A stretch of 64,000 bases of DNA from positions 620,001 to 684,000 of the forward strand of contig NIVC01000591.1 of the NCBI GenBank assembly GCA_002269645.1, written 5' to 3'. The number at the start of each line of letters is the position of its first letter. Within the stretch, counting starts at the first letter, position 1. The DNA comes from Macrostomum lignano. Its lineage: Eukaryota. Below the pieces are notes generated by a model. The model saw nothing but the letters and a program-made list of their open reading frames with translations, searched no databases and had not been told where the DNA came from. Made by a program: the position numbers and the translations under genes. Shown in pieces: positions 34,448 through 46,129 of the stretch.

Positions 34448-37400
34448 CTTGCACCGTCCTGACGTTACGGTTGGCAATTTTGTTCGGAGTTCGGGTTGGT
34501 AGCTCGTTCATTCTGTCATCCAGAGAGGTGGCCAAATACAGCAAATATTTCAGGACTTTTATATCACCTAGCAGGTGGCTGTCACCAACTAGACCCTAAC
34601 AGAAACGGTGATTTTTATGAATGGCCCAAAATCTTTCTCCGCAACGTGGAGATCCCAAAGAACCATTGTACATACGTTCGTAGCACGACTAAAACTATAC
34701 TACATGTACGAGCGTATATTGTTCTTAAAAAATTGTTCTATATTTCTAGATAGCCGTGTGAAAATTTTCCTCTCATTTTTATCAACATTTTGCTATACTT
34801 AAAGTATCCTCTGGCCAGAGTAAGAATCCCAGCTTGCTCTATGAGCCAGCTCTCGCACGAATTGAACGCGAGCACGAGATTTTCTCACGCGGGCTGTTTT
34901 CTTGCCAAAGTTTCAAATATTCAGGTGGTCGCCCGTCGCAACGGTTGTGGCACCCCTGATGCTGGCGCCATCTGCACAATGGCGCTCCACTCCAATAAAC
35001 ACTCTGGCTGCGCCCCTGATGTCAGACGCGCAGCACAGACACCACAGGCTGCAGGTGCTGCAATGGTTTGTAATGTAACGATCGCGCGTTTCCGGGATTT
35101 TACACTCCAAATCAAACTTGAGAAGTTATGCAGCCTCCCATCGTTCTGTTTATCGTGAAAGCTGAGTACTCTGCACTCTAAATAAATCCAATAGAAGTGA
35201 AAAATGCACCTCACATTCGCTTTAGTAGAAATTTACTTCGCAAAACACTATCAAAGATGGTGCACGCAGATTTGCGCTTGTCTGTTTTATTGAATTGAAA
35301 AGTGCATCAATTATAGCAATAAGTCTAGAAAGTCAGAAGTCTAGAAAGTGTCAGTGCAGAAAGAATAAAAGTACATATAACCCAACCGCAGGTGACCCGC
35401 ACAAAAAAAACCAACGACAGTTCGGTGGAAAAAAATGCGAGTCACTCCGCAGGTGGTCGAGCGATGCAGCCGCAGTTTCAGTTAATCGCCTGTGCTCGCA
35501 TGCGCCTACAGGAGTTTCACCTGTTGGCTGCTTGAAGAGCAGGTCGATTAGTGATGGACGAGTGCAGCACTCTTTGTGGGCGAATGAAATAACAAATAAT
35601 TAATATTACTGGCTCCTTTATCAAACTACAAAGCGATGTCAGTGAACATTAGTGGTGGAATCTGCGGCAGGGGCAATCTCAGTTTCAAGTGGACACCCAT
35701 GACTTTAAGTGGACACCCCTGTCTTTAAGTGGACACCCCTGTCTTTAAGTGGACACCCCTGTCTTTAAGTGGACACCCCTGTCTTTAAGTGGACACCCCT
35801 GTCTTTAAGTGGACACCCCTGTCTTTAAGTGGACACCCCTGTCTTTAAGTGGACACCCCTGTCTTTAAGTGGACACCCCTGTCTTTAAGTGGACACCCCT
35901 GTCTTTTAGTGGACATTCCTGTCTTTAAGTGGATACCATGTCAATTACAGTAGACAGCTGGAGTATATCTTGGAAACCCTTTGTTTTAGGTAGATACCTC
36001 TGTCTTTAAGTGGACACCCCTGTCTTCAAGTGGACACCTCTGTCTTTGAGTAGACACCCCTTTGTCCTCCAATCCTTAAGTGGTTTACAGTTTTAGCAAT
36101 TTAAGTGAGGGTAGAAGGACAAAAATGATTACATTTTTACGAGGTTGCGAAAAATTTACAAACAAAAAAGGGTATTTTGATAGTAGAATGAATTTTAATT
36201 GACATAAAAATCGTAGAGAGATACGATTTCTCGAAACTAAGAAACAAGCGAACTGTAACAAGATGTGAGCATAGGTAAATATCAATGAGATTGTAGTTTT
36301 GTGATTAACTCCGTAAGATAGCAAAGATAGCAAAGATTGATAGTTTTAAACACGCAAGCACTACAACTAAAAAACTGCTCACCCCACCCTACAGCTCCCT
36401 GCTCACCCCACCCTACAGCTCCCTGCTCACCCCACTTTACAGCTCCCTGCTCACCCCAATCTACAGCTCCCTGCTCGACCCACCCTACAGCTCCCTGCTC
36501 ACCCCACCCTACAGCTCCCTGCTCACCCCAACCCTACAGCTCCCTGCTCACCCCAACCCTACGGCTCCCTGCTCACCCCAACCCTACAGCTCCCTGCTCA
36601 CCCCAACCTACAGCTCCCTGCTCACCCCAACCTACAGCTCCCTGCTCACCCCAACCCTACAGCTCCCTGCTCACCCCAGCCTACAGCTCCCTGCTCACCC
36701 CAACCCTACAGCTCCCTGCTCACCCCAGCCTACAGCTCCCTGCTCACCCCAGCCTACAGCTCCCTGCTCACCCCAAACTACATCTCTTAACTCAACACCA
36801 CTCTACACCCGATTCCTTCCCTATCCAACATATCGCTGCTCATCCTACTCTAGATCTGCTTCCTCAACCTTTTCTAGATCTGTCTGGTCACCCTACTCTA
36901 GATCTGCCTGCTGACCCTACTCTAGATCTGCCTGCTCAACCTACTCTAGATCTGCTTGCTCAACCTACTCTATATCTGCTTGCTCAACCTACTCTATATC
37001 TGCTTGCTCAACCTACTCTAGATCTGCCTGCTCACCCTACTCTAGATCTGCCTACTCTCCCTACTCTATCACGAGCTAAGTGCACAGTGAACTGTCAGCT
37101 CTTGTGATGAGAACTTTTCCGTTGGGTTCGGTGTTGCCGCCATCCTTTCCATCAGGGTTCTTGCCGTCTGCGTAGCTGCCGCCGCCGCCGCCTGCACCAC
37201 CTGAGCTTTCGCCGACCCCGCCGCAGCCACCTGTGTAGCCACCACCACCGCCGCCTCCACCTTTGTCACCACCATGTGTCGCTCCACCACCCCCTCCACC
37301 ACCGAAACCGCCAAAGCCACCACTACTAAATCCAGAATCGCCACCAGTCCAGCTTCCCGAAGCACTTTCCCCTGCATAACCTCCTTTACCGCTACTACCT

Positions 37401-39950
37401 GGGGCACCAGTAACTCCAGCAGAGCTCCAACCGGCTCCACCTGCGCCAGACTTTCCCTCTGACGGGCCGGCCCCTCCGCTTCCTACGGTGGAGTCGCTGC
37501 AGGAGCCACCTGTGCCATCTGTGCCATCGCTTCCGGTATTCGAACTACTGCCATCGCCTCCGCCTCCTCCGCCACCGGCTACAAGAAGCAGCTGCTTTGG
37601 GTTATTATTTATGTAAACAAAGGTGCCGCCGCCTCCGCCTCCGCCTCCTGAGCCATCATTGCCAGGCTTTCCAATAACAATCGTCAGCGTATCCGATAGG
37701 GTAAAGTAGGCCTCTTTAAAAGCACCTTTGCCACCTGATGCGCCTGAACCGGAATCGCCACCCTTTGCACCGTATGCGGAGATTCGGTAGCAGACGTGTG
37801 CTATGGGCGGTACAAAGGTCGAAACTGATCCTGTTTGACTGGCTGCAGAACCGCTTGCTTCTGAAAGAAATATTGCGATGTTTGAGCAGCATCAAATATA
37901 TGTGCATAGAGTTCATTACTAAGATGCTGGCGTTAAATTATTAACAACTACCAGAATTATGAACTATTACTTGTTTACTCACCAGTGAATGCCACGGGAG
38001 CATTCGTTGTAGTTGTAGGAGTTGTAGTAGTGGTTGTCGGAGTCGTAGTAGTGGTAGTAGTCGGAGTCGTAGTAGTGGTTGTCGGAGTCAGAGTAGTGGT
38101 AGTCGGAGTCGGAGTAGTGGTAGTCGGAGTCGGAGTAGTGGTAGTCGGAGTCGGAGTAGTGGTAGTCGGAGTCGGAGTAGTGGTTGTAGGAGTTGTAGTA
38201 GTAGTAGTCTGAGTCGTAGTAGTGGTTGTCGGAGTCGTAGTAGTGGTAGTAGTCTGAGTCGTAGTAGTGGTTGTCGGAGTCGTAGTAGTGGTAGTAGTCG
38301 GAGTCGTAGTAGTGGTTGTCGGAGTCAGAGTAGTGGTAGTCGGAGTCGGAGTAGTGGTAGTCGGAGTCGGAGTAGTGGTAGTCGGAGTCGGAGTAGTGGT
38401 AGTCGGAGTCGGAGTAGTGGTAGTCGGAGTCGGAGTAGTGGTAGTCGGAGTCGGAGTAGTGGTAGTCGGAGTCGTAGTAGTGGTAGTCGGAGTCGGAGTA
38501 GTGGTAGTCGGAGTCGGAGTAGTGGTAGTCGGAGTCGTAGTAGTGGTAGTCGGAGTCGTAGTAGTGGTAGTAGTAGTCGGAGTCGGAGTAGTGGTAGTCG
38601 GAGTCGGAGTAGTGGTAGTCGGAGTCGGAGTAGTGGTAGTCGGAGTCGGAGTAGTGGTAGTCGGAGTCGTAGTAGTGGTAGTGGTAGTCGGAGTCGGAGT
38701 AGTGGTAGTCGGAGTCGGAGTAGTGGTAGTCGGAGTCGCAGCAGTGGTAGCCGAAGTCGCAGCAGTGGTAGCCGAAGTCGCAGCAGTGGTAGCCGAAGTC
38801 GCAGCACCAGTTGTGGTCGGAGCTGCAGTGCTCACCGAAGCATTCTCACAATCTGCTCTGTGTCGCAACACCTGCGTGTAGCAGACCGGTCCGCTACTGA
38901 GCTGCCAATAAAGCAGCAGGTCGCAGCTGCTTCCAAGAATGCACGATCTGTTGCTTGGCCAGAAGTCATAGACTGAGCACAGGGTCGTGTTGCTCGCGCA
39001 CTCGACAGCGCACACTCGAGAATCGACAACCCCGACGATTTTGCGCTGCTGTCCGCCAGCTGCAGTCGCAGTCGCGGCATTGTAGCACAGGTCCGGCCTC
39101 TTGTCGAAGACAAAAGATATGCCATCGGCTAATGCAATCAGGACTGCCAAAGTTATGACAACGTCGTGTGCTCGCATTCTAGGACGTTGTCAATCGTTTA
39201 GGAATATTTGGTAGACGCTTCTGTTAGGAGACTGGAAGAGTTTAATAGCCAAGAAGTCGCTTGGAAATGAAGCAACTCAAGCAATTGCTGCTCTAAAAAA
39301 GACTCAAGCAGTCTTATGAGTTTTCTGTGACTTCAATTCCTGTTGGCTGGGCTCTAGCGGACTCTCCATGGTGGCAGTTATCGCCATGGAAACCAGCTCA
39401 AGACAGTAGATGTCAGCTCCGGTTGAGCGAGAAACTTGTCCCATGCCGTGTGAGCGTTATAATTCTCGATGCAGTGGGCTTCATTGACAAAACGGAGCCC
39501 AACTAGATAAAGTCTGGATGTCGCTAACTGGACAATGCCTCTTTCAAAGCCAATTAACAGAAGGCAGTCGCTGCAGCCACTGTTGTCTCTCCGCTGCATA
39601 CATCTGCTGCGATCCGACGGTGGGATGCTTCAAGCCGCCTTTGAGGGAAAATGATCTATTTTTACTCTGGAAGGATGGTTCTTAATGAGCTTACTTGAGT
39701 ATTGCTGTTGAGTAAGCTTAGTCCAGCCCAGAAACTGTCGTCAGCGCTTGCCATTTACATGCAGACTTTCTGGACTGCTTTTAACTAGTTGCTTCCTTCG
39801 AAACAAGACTAGAAGAGTGTTACAAGAGTGCCTGCTCAAAGCCTTCAATGTCATCGCCGCTTCTCTCCCAGTTCCAGTTGCAGAAGCAAATTCTGCGGTA
39901 GCAGAGCAGGGATTCTCTTGGCTACCAACTGTCTGAATTGTTTCCAGCTA
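34448..39950. repeat. Tandem segmental duplicate of about 26186-31900
   Basis: Colinear order of spacer fragment, inverted module, minisatellites, GRD exon, mucin exon and ~750 bp of upstream sequence. Confidence 0.9.
37076..39177 (-). CDS. Secreted protein GRD3 (paralog of GRD2): signal peptide + PAN-like + Thr/Pro mucin stalk + glycine-rich domain, 659 aa
   Basis: Exon 1 (39177-37983) ends ACT G|GTGAGT; exon 2 (37860-37076) follows TTTCAG. The total of 1980 nt is in frame, and I found no stop when reading exon 2 by hand. Confidence 0.87.
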
Positions 39951-40448
39951 AAATACTGCATGGGGAACTTCCATTCACTTCATTAGCTGCCAGAAAGTTA
40001 ACGGAAATTTCCGCATCTTTTGACTAGAAAGCAAAGCATCCAGCTAATTAACGGGTTTTTCAGTGACGGGGAGCATTTAATTTTCTTTTACTTCTAGTAG
40101 CAAAAGTAGAATTACTATACATGTACGAACGTGCCCGTTTACACCAGCCCGTTCACATCACTAAAACAACAATTTTGGCATCTCTTCTGCATTGCCCGAA
40201 ATATTTGTTCATGGCAATGACCTCCGGACAATGACCGGCCATTTTCTGGAGGTAAAAAAACAAGACTGGACAACAATACCATAGGCGAAAAAAGTAACAC
40301 GAAGCGTGAAATTCTTATATTTATTGAAGTCCAACAAAAAATGTTCCAACCATAACACTGCTTAGTCAATTGAGTGCAAGTCTAACCTATGGTCATGTTC
40401 TCATCACGACAGCAGGAGAAAGTCCAGAAAATACGACGGTTGAGTCCA

Positions 40449-41905
40449 TTACTCAAATTTGCAACCATTGAATGAACAGTTGTGGAAACTGTACCTGACC
40501 GACGGATTGTCATGACTGATGCCGGTGATCTGCACGGAAGACGACACAGGTACTGGCACCGGTGAACTCTCACGCAATGGAGTCGCAACAGCTTGTGAAG
40601 AACCATTCAAATCAAGTGCCATAGAAACAGCCTCACTGGTAGACTGCAGCGAGCGATCACGGCGCTTGGACAGGTAACGGCGAGTTGTCCTCTCAGAAAC
40701 CTGACCGGTTATCGACATGATGTCAGCCAGGTTGTACCCAGCAGCCTCTAGATCAGCAATCCTGCTCACTCTACAACAGAAATAAAGTATTGCATAGAAA
40801 ATATGCAACTGGTTTAAAGCAATATGAAGAAAAAGGCTTACCGAATGCAATGATTCGTGTACATCTTGGACAAACCGGCCTTCTCGCTCAAGTTTCGCAT
40901 GAAACGCAGGAAGTAGTTCTCCCCGCGATTCTGCTTTGTTGAGAACATAGGCTGTCCATTGGAATCCGTGTTGGATAGTGGACGCGGGAACAGATGGTTG
41001 TCCTTGGTTGTTGGAGGTAGCAGTTGTAGATATCTCCTCACTTTGGCCGTGTCGTAGATCCGAGCTTGTTTGTTGTCCGGCCTGGCCTTCGCCTTCACAG
41101 GATCGGCTGACTTATTCTTCGTTGGCAGAGCAGGAAGACAGTAGTACTCCTTGCCGTCAGAATCCGTGTGCAATTCAAGCGAGTCCCTTTGTCTCAGGAA
41201 CTTCAGATGCTCCTGGCCACGCTCTCCAAAGGAGTAAAGAACATAGAACAGAAATTTAGCCTGCTCGATTTCAGCCGTAGTCCCTTCAAAGTAGCACCGC
41301 AACTTCTGCATGTCGCCTTCTTCAATTGGTTCATACTGCCTGGTGCAGCCACCATCTCGATGGAAATCACGAACCTTGACACGCAGCATCTCGTTGCAGG
41401 AATTGAATTCCTCACCACCGATTATATCGACAGGCAGCTTCAGAACCATGCGTAGGAAACGCTGAATTCCAGCCCGGATACAGATGAGAGAGGCCGGCGA
41501 GTAGAACGAGCCATCCTGTTTCTTCAGCTTGAAGTAGAAGTACCGAAGATATTGGTTCAATGTAGGATTGTTGACATGCTGAATGTTGCGCAGATTCTCC
41601 CCTTCCAGGAAGTCTCGAAAACGTTGGCCATGCTGGTACATCTGCTTCCGAGTATCCTCAGGCAGACTCTCGATCTCGATTCTGTCCATCTCGGAAACGT
41701 CTATCTTTTCATCTCCATCGATCATTGGCAGCCCAGTATCAGCTGGACCATTTTGGACATACTTCAGGAACGCATCGAAATCTTCGTCGTGCCGATCAAC
41801 GGCAGAGGATTCCGAGAGGAAGTTCAGTTCATCCTGCGTGATGTTGCCGAAGTCCTCACACGGGAGGTTACCCCAATTAATATAATGTATTATCGGGTCG
41901 CTCAT
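40449..41905 (-). CDS. Crypton-type tyrosine recombinase (DUF3504/ZMYM-QRICH1-KCTD1-related), 461 aa, one intron
   Basis: Exon 1 (41905-40842, CG|GTAAGC), a 71-nt intron, and exon 2 (40770-40449, TGTAG|A) total 1386 nt in frame. Motifs: LNQYLRYFY..KKQDGSFYSPASL..IRAGIQRFL, FGERG (R), YTNHCIR (HxxR), ITGQ (usually TGH), RRY (Y). Confidence 0.88.
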
Positions 41906-42610
41906 GATGGACAGAAAACTCTTGAATCAACAGGTTTGGACAGACTACTTACTGCCTGGGAATCCCTCACACAAACCCCTTCACCCCCACTGAAAGTTTT
42001 GCCATAGACATTTCAACCCTCCATTCAATCAATAGGATTGTCATTGCCATGAACTCTCCACGCCTTTTGGCTTTCGTGCCATAGACGTTTGTGCCTCCTC
42101 CTTCTGGGCCACTTCGATTCGTGCCATAGATATTTCCTGCAATGAAGTTAACTGGAAGAGAGAACTCCAGGCAACGGCCAAAGCCACGAGCGGCGCTTCA
42201 CCCCCATTGTTTTGTGAAGCTCGATCATTTTAAATGCTATAGCATACACTTTGCCCGAGTTGGTTTTCCTGTTGGGCTTGTGTGCACAAAAATGGACTTA
42301 TTTGAGGGTTGTCGAGTGCACAATTCACAGCCAATGAGGGCCAAGCCCTAAAGCACGGAGTGCAAATGTACATGTTTACAGTATTGCGCATATAGCGCGC
42401 TTGTACAGGTACAGCTGGTGCATGTGCTCAGCAGGAGGTCAGTGGATAGGCAGAATTGGTGGTACGATTTTGCCCGCGCCATCAAACCAGTTAATCTACT
42501 AAATTAGATCAGATCTGAAAAAACCAGTTAGCTTATAATATAGACTTCGCGGGCCACTAGCATAGTCCACTACTAATATGCATTGAAATGGAACTATGTA
42601 CGCATACATG

Positions 42611-42847
42611 CCGTGGCGGATCTAGAGTTTCATTTGGGGGGCGGTCCAAGTTTTGGGCGCCAACACGAGTAAGGGGCGCCAATTTTTAAGCTAGGGGGCG
42701 CAAAAATGCGTGTAGGGGGCGAAAAATCAAGCTTAGGCAAGGGGCGCAAACTTAATTAGGTTTTTGGGGGGCGCAAAATGTTCTGAAGCTATATTTTAAG
42801 GGGGGGGGGGTGGGGCGGCGCCCATACGCCCCACATGTACGCCCCTA
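42611..42847. mobile_element. Degenerate hAT-type MITE, about 237 bp
   Basis: The 8-bp TSD CATACATG lies at 42603-42610 and 42848-42855. TIRs are imperfect (CCGTGGCGGATCT versus the reverse complement TAGGGGCGTACAT), with internal GGGGCGC repeats. Confidence 0.7.
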
Positions 42848-44341
42848 CATACATGTACCTATAGAATAAAGACTTAAAGAGTACCGCATGCAAGCATTTT
42901 TATTACAATGTACATGTACATGTATATTACAAAATACAAAAAAGTTCAGCCAATGACACTTGTGAGTATATTTACAACGTGTATGAACAAGTATGAACAA
43001 GACAACATGATGAACATAAGTCAAAATACTCAACGATCACTGGTATATTGTATATTTTTAAAGGAAAAGAAATCATCCTACTTCGGCCTTCAAAAAATTA
43101 GACGATCTTTGGGTGTACGAGTATAATGTATATATAGTGTCATGAGTGCAGTAGAGTCAAGCTTTTTTACGCGTGCGTACGTTTGCGCGTCCAGTCTCTG
43201 CATGAGGCACGCGGCCTTGCAGTGACGCTGATGCCTTTGTGAACTTACCGCGTATTTTAATTGTTTTCTAGCCGTGGCTGCGAGATGCTTGTTTCAATTG
43301 GGGCCATGCAATTGAAGAAAGTGAAAAATAATTGTGCAAAAATGAAGCTGCAGAGGCAGTCAAATATTCAAAAAAGTTAAATATTTATACGGCTTTATTT
43401 TTGGAAGATCCGAACCGATTCTGGTTCAAGGACCACTGTATATAGCACAACACACTGTATATACAGTGTGGTCCTTGGTGAAAAACCTAAGATAGCCTTT
43501 AGGTGATACTGTATGTGTAAATATTACCAAAATAATTTAAAAACCCAAAGAAGCCTTTTAACTTACATTTATATTACCTTCAGCTTTGGCAATAAACCTG
43601 TTAGCAAAGATTAGGTTTAATTGTTAAAACATTTTGTTTTAATATGTAAACTAAAACAATTCAAACTTACAAATCCAGGAATGGACCGCGCCCTAGCGTA
43701 AGAGCTTAGCCATTGCAGAGTACGTAGGAACGTAGGGTTTGTCGGCATCATGCGATTGTACCGAGTGACCTGAATTCGCCAACTTTATAAGATAAGGCCT
43801 ATCGCTTTTATAAGTAACAGGTAGCCTAGGAGGAGTTATCGAACATACACACATAGTACATACACATATACACAAGTGACACAATCACATACAATACAAA
43901 CAATGCTATGCCATGCCTATACTTATATGTAATATATATGTAGAATGCGTAGCAAATATAACGACCTAAAGTAAAATCTTTCTAAAATTCGAAGTCCCCA
44001 TGTTTAAACTTCAAAGATAAAGATTGAAATAACAATGAAAGAAAACGAACCCTGAAATTAATAATTAATTTGAAAAGGAGTCAAGTATTGAGTAGGGCCT
44101 AACATTTTGTATCTATGGCTTAGGCCTAGCCTACCTTATTAGTAACAGGCATTCTTGAGCCTGAACCAAGAAATAGTCAAAATTTAGTTATTTTAAAATT
44201 TGTGTATTTTAGAATCTAGGCCTATTTTGAATTATAAATTTGTTTCATTCAGGTCTTCATTTTAAAGCCTAATTTTCATTTATTATTAATATGGAGTACT
44301 TATAGGCATCGGGCATGTTGGCCATTTCTATAATATTGGAC

Positions 44342-44865
44342 TATTGGAGCTTATAGGCACAGCTCGATATAAAATGCATGCTCTGTAGGGCTCTCTTATA
44401 TTTATAATCAAATAGTGGCTTAGTAAATAGGCTTAAGACAATTGCCTTGAGATTGTGTATAACAAGGTTCAAATCCCAAGTAGTTATGTTTTTATTTAAT
44501 AAAATTTTTTTAGCAAACAGAAATTTTTGTCTTGAACTTTTTAAGTTTTTAATTAAAATCAAATAATTAATTAATTAAATTAAATTAATTTTTTTAATAA
44601 AATAAGAGTAACATTAAATCTTTGAGTGCGGCGGATATGTATTGAAAAAAATTTCCTTATTTCCTTATTTCCTTTTCAGTAGCTACATATATATAATATA
44701 ATTGCAGCTACACTTTAAAATGATTTCACATTACTCTTAAAAATTAAATTAAATTAAATTTAAAAAAATTAAAAATAAAAAACTACAAATTTTCAATTGA
44801 TCAATCTGTTTGTCCAATCAATGATTATATACATAGCATAGTAGCTGTGCCTATAAGCTCCAATA
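44342..44865. repeat. 23-bp inverted repeat enclosing an AT-rich core (MITE-like)
   Basis: tattggagcttataggcacagct (44342-44364) / agctgtgcctataagctccaata (44843-44865). Confidence 0.6.
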
Positions 44866-45519
44866 TTAGAGACACCCACTGTGTCTAAGTGTGAACCCAT
44901 TCAATATGAACAACATGGCTACCTACTGTGTGAACCCATTCAATATTAATGACATGGCTATTGTGTAAGTTTCATTGACACAGCGTTTGTGTCTCTAATA
45001 GTGACTAGGTCCATACTTATAGACATGGTAGCCATGTCTATAATGCAAGTATAGACCCAGTCACTATTAGAGACATGGCCACCATATCTATAAGTTTCTA
45101 CATTATAGACATGGTCGCCGTGTCTCTAAATGTGGCATAATTAATAATAATATTACTTTTAACAGATGCTTTATTTATGTCTATGACATTTTCCCAATCT
45201 GACCTATAGTTTATGCTATAGTATCACACAAGCTGTTGAAACCCGCGGATTTTGAACCCGGGGAATTCCAATCCCCGGAACTACTTTTGCATGTATTCTG
45301 AAATCTAAGGCCATACACAAACAAATTAATGTTAGTAGGATAGAGGTAGACATAAAATGGAGCACATTCATGTAAAATTAGGGTTTGAGGCAAACGTTGA
45401 TATTGTTTGCTGGGGTACTCCACAGAATGCCAGGCAATGTCTGTCTGACTCTAAAACATGTATTGGCAAACTCTGGCCTCTCCCTGACTCTCCCTATGTC
45501 CCTTGGATCCTTTAAAATT

Positions 45520-45987
45520 TCTATTGTCTTTTCTGTTTCCTTTCTTCTCTCTCATCCCTCATCTCTCGTCTCTCGTCTCTCTTTTCTTCTCTCGTATCTT
45601 CCCTCATCTCTCTTCTCTTTCATCTCTCTTATCTCATCTCTTCCCTATTTTTTTCTCTCTCCTCTCCTCTCCTCTTTCCCTCTCTCCCCTTGTCTCTTCC
45701 TTGTCCTCTCTATTCTTTTCTCTCTTCTCTTAACTCTCTCCTCTACTCTCTCATCTCTCCTCTCTATTCTTTCCTCTGTCTCCTCTCTCCCCTCTTCTCT
45801 CGTCTCTTCCCTCACCTCTCCTCTCTCTCTTTCCTCTCATCTCTTTTCTTGTTTTATCTCTTCTCTCTCCCCTCGTCGCTCATCTCTTCCCTCATCTCTC
45901 TTCTCTCTCGTCCGCTCTTTTATCTCTCCTTTCTCTTCTTTTATCTTTTCTCTCTTATCTCTTCTCGTTACTCTCTACTCTGCGCTT

Positions 45988-46067
<80 letters not shown>

Positions 46068-46129
46068 CCCATCTCTCTTCTCTCTACTCTCTCCCCTCTT
46101 CATTCTCCTATTTCCTCTTCTCTCTCCCT
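45520..46129. repeat. CT-rich polypyrimidine low-complexity tract including (CT)n
   Basis: Read directly; it continues at 49805-50490 on the other side of the LINE. Confidence 0.95.

Noticed and set aside
30128-38881. Plus-strand poly-Val/Gly ORFs and the LRLRLP ORF
   Set aside because: These are antisense or shifted-frame shadows of the Thr/Pro VNTRs.
40115-42376. TACATGT direct repeats as Crypton termini
   Set aside because: TACATGT(A) occurs many times across the window, so the match is uninformative.
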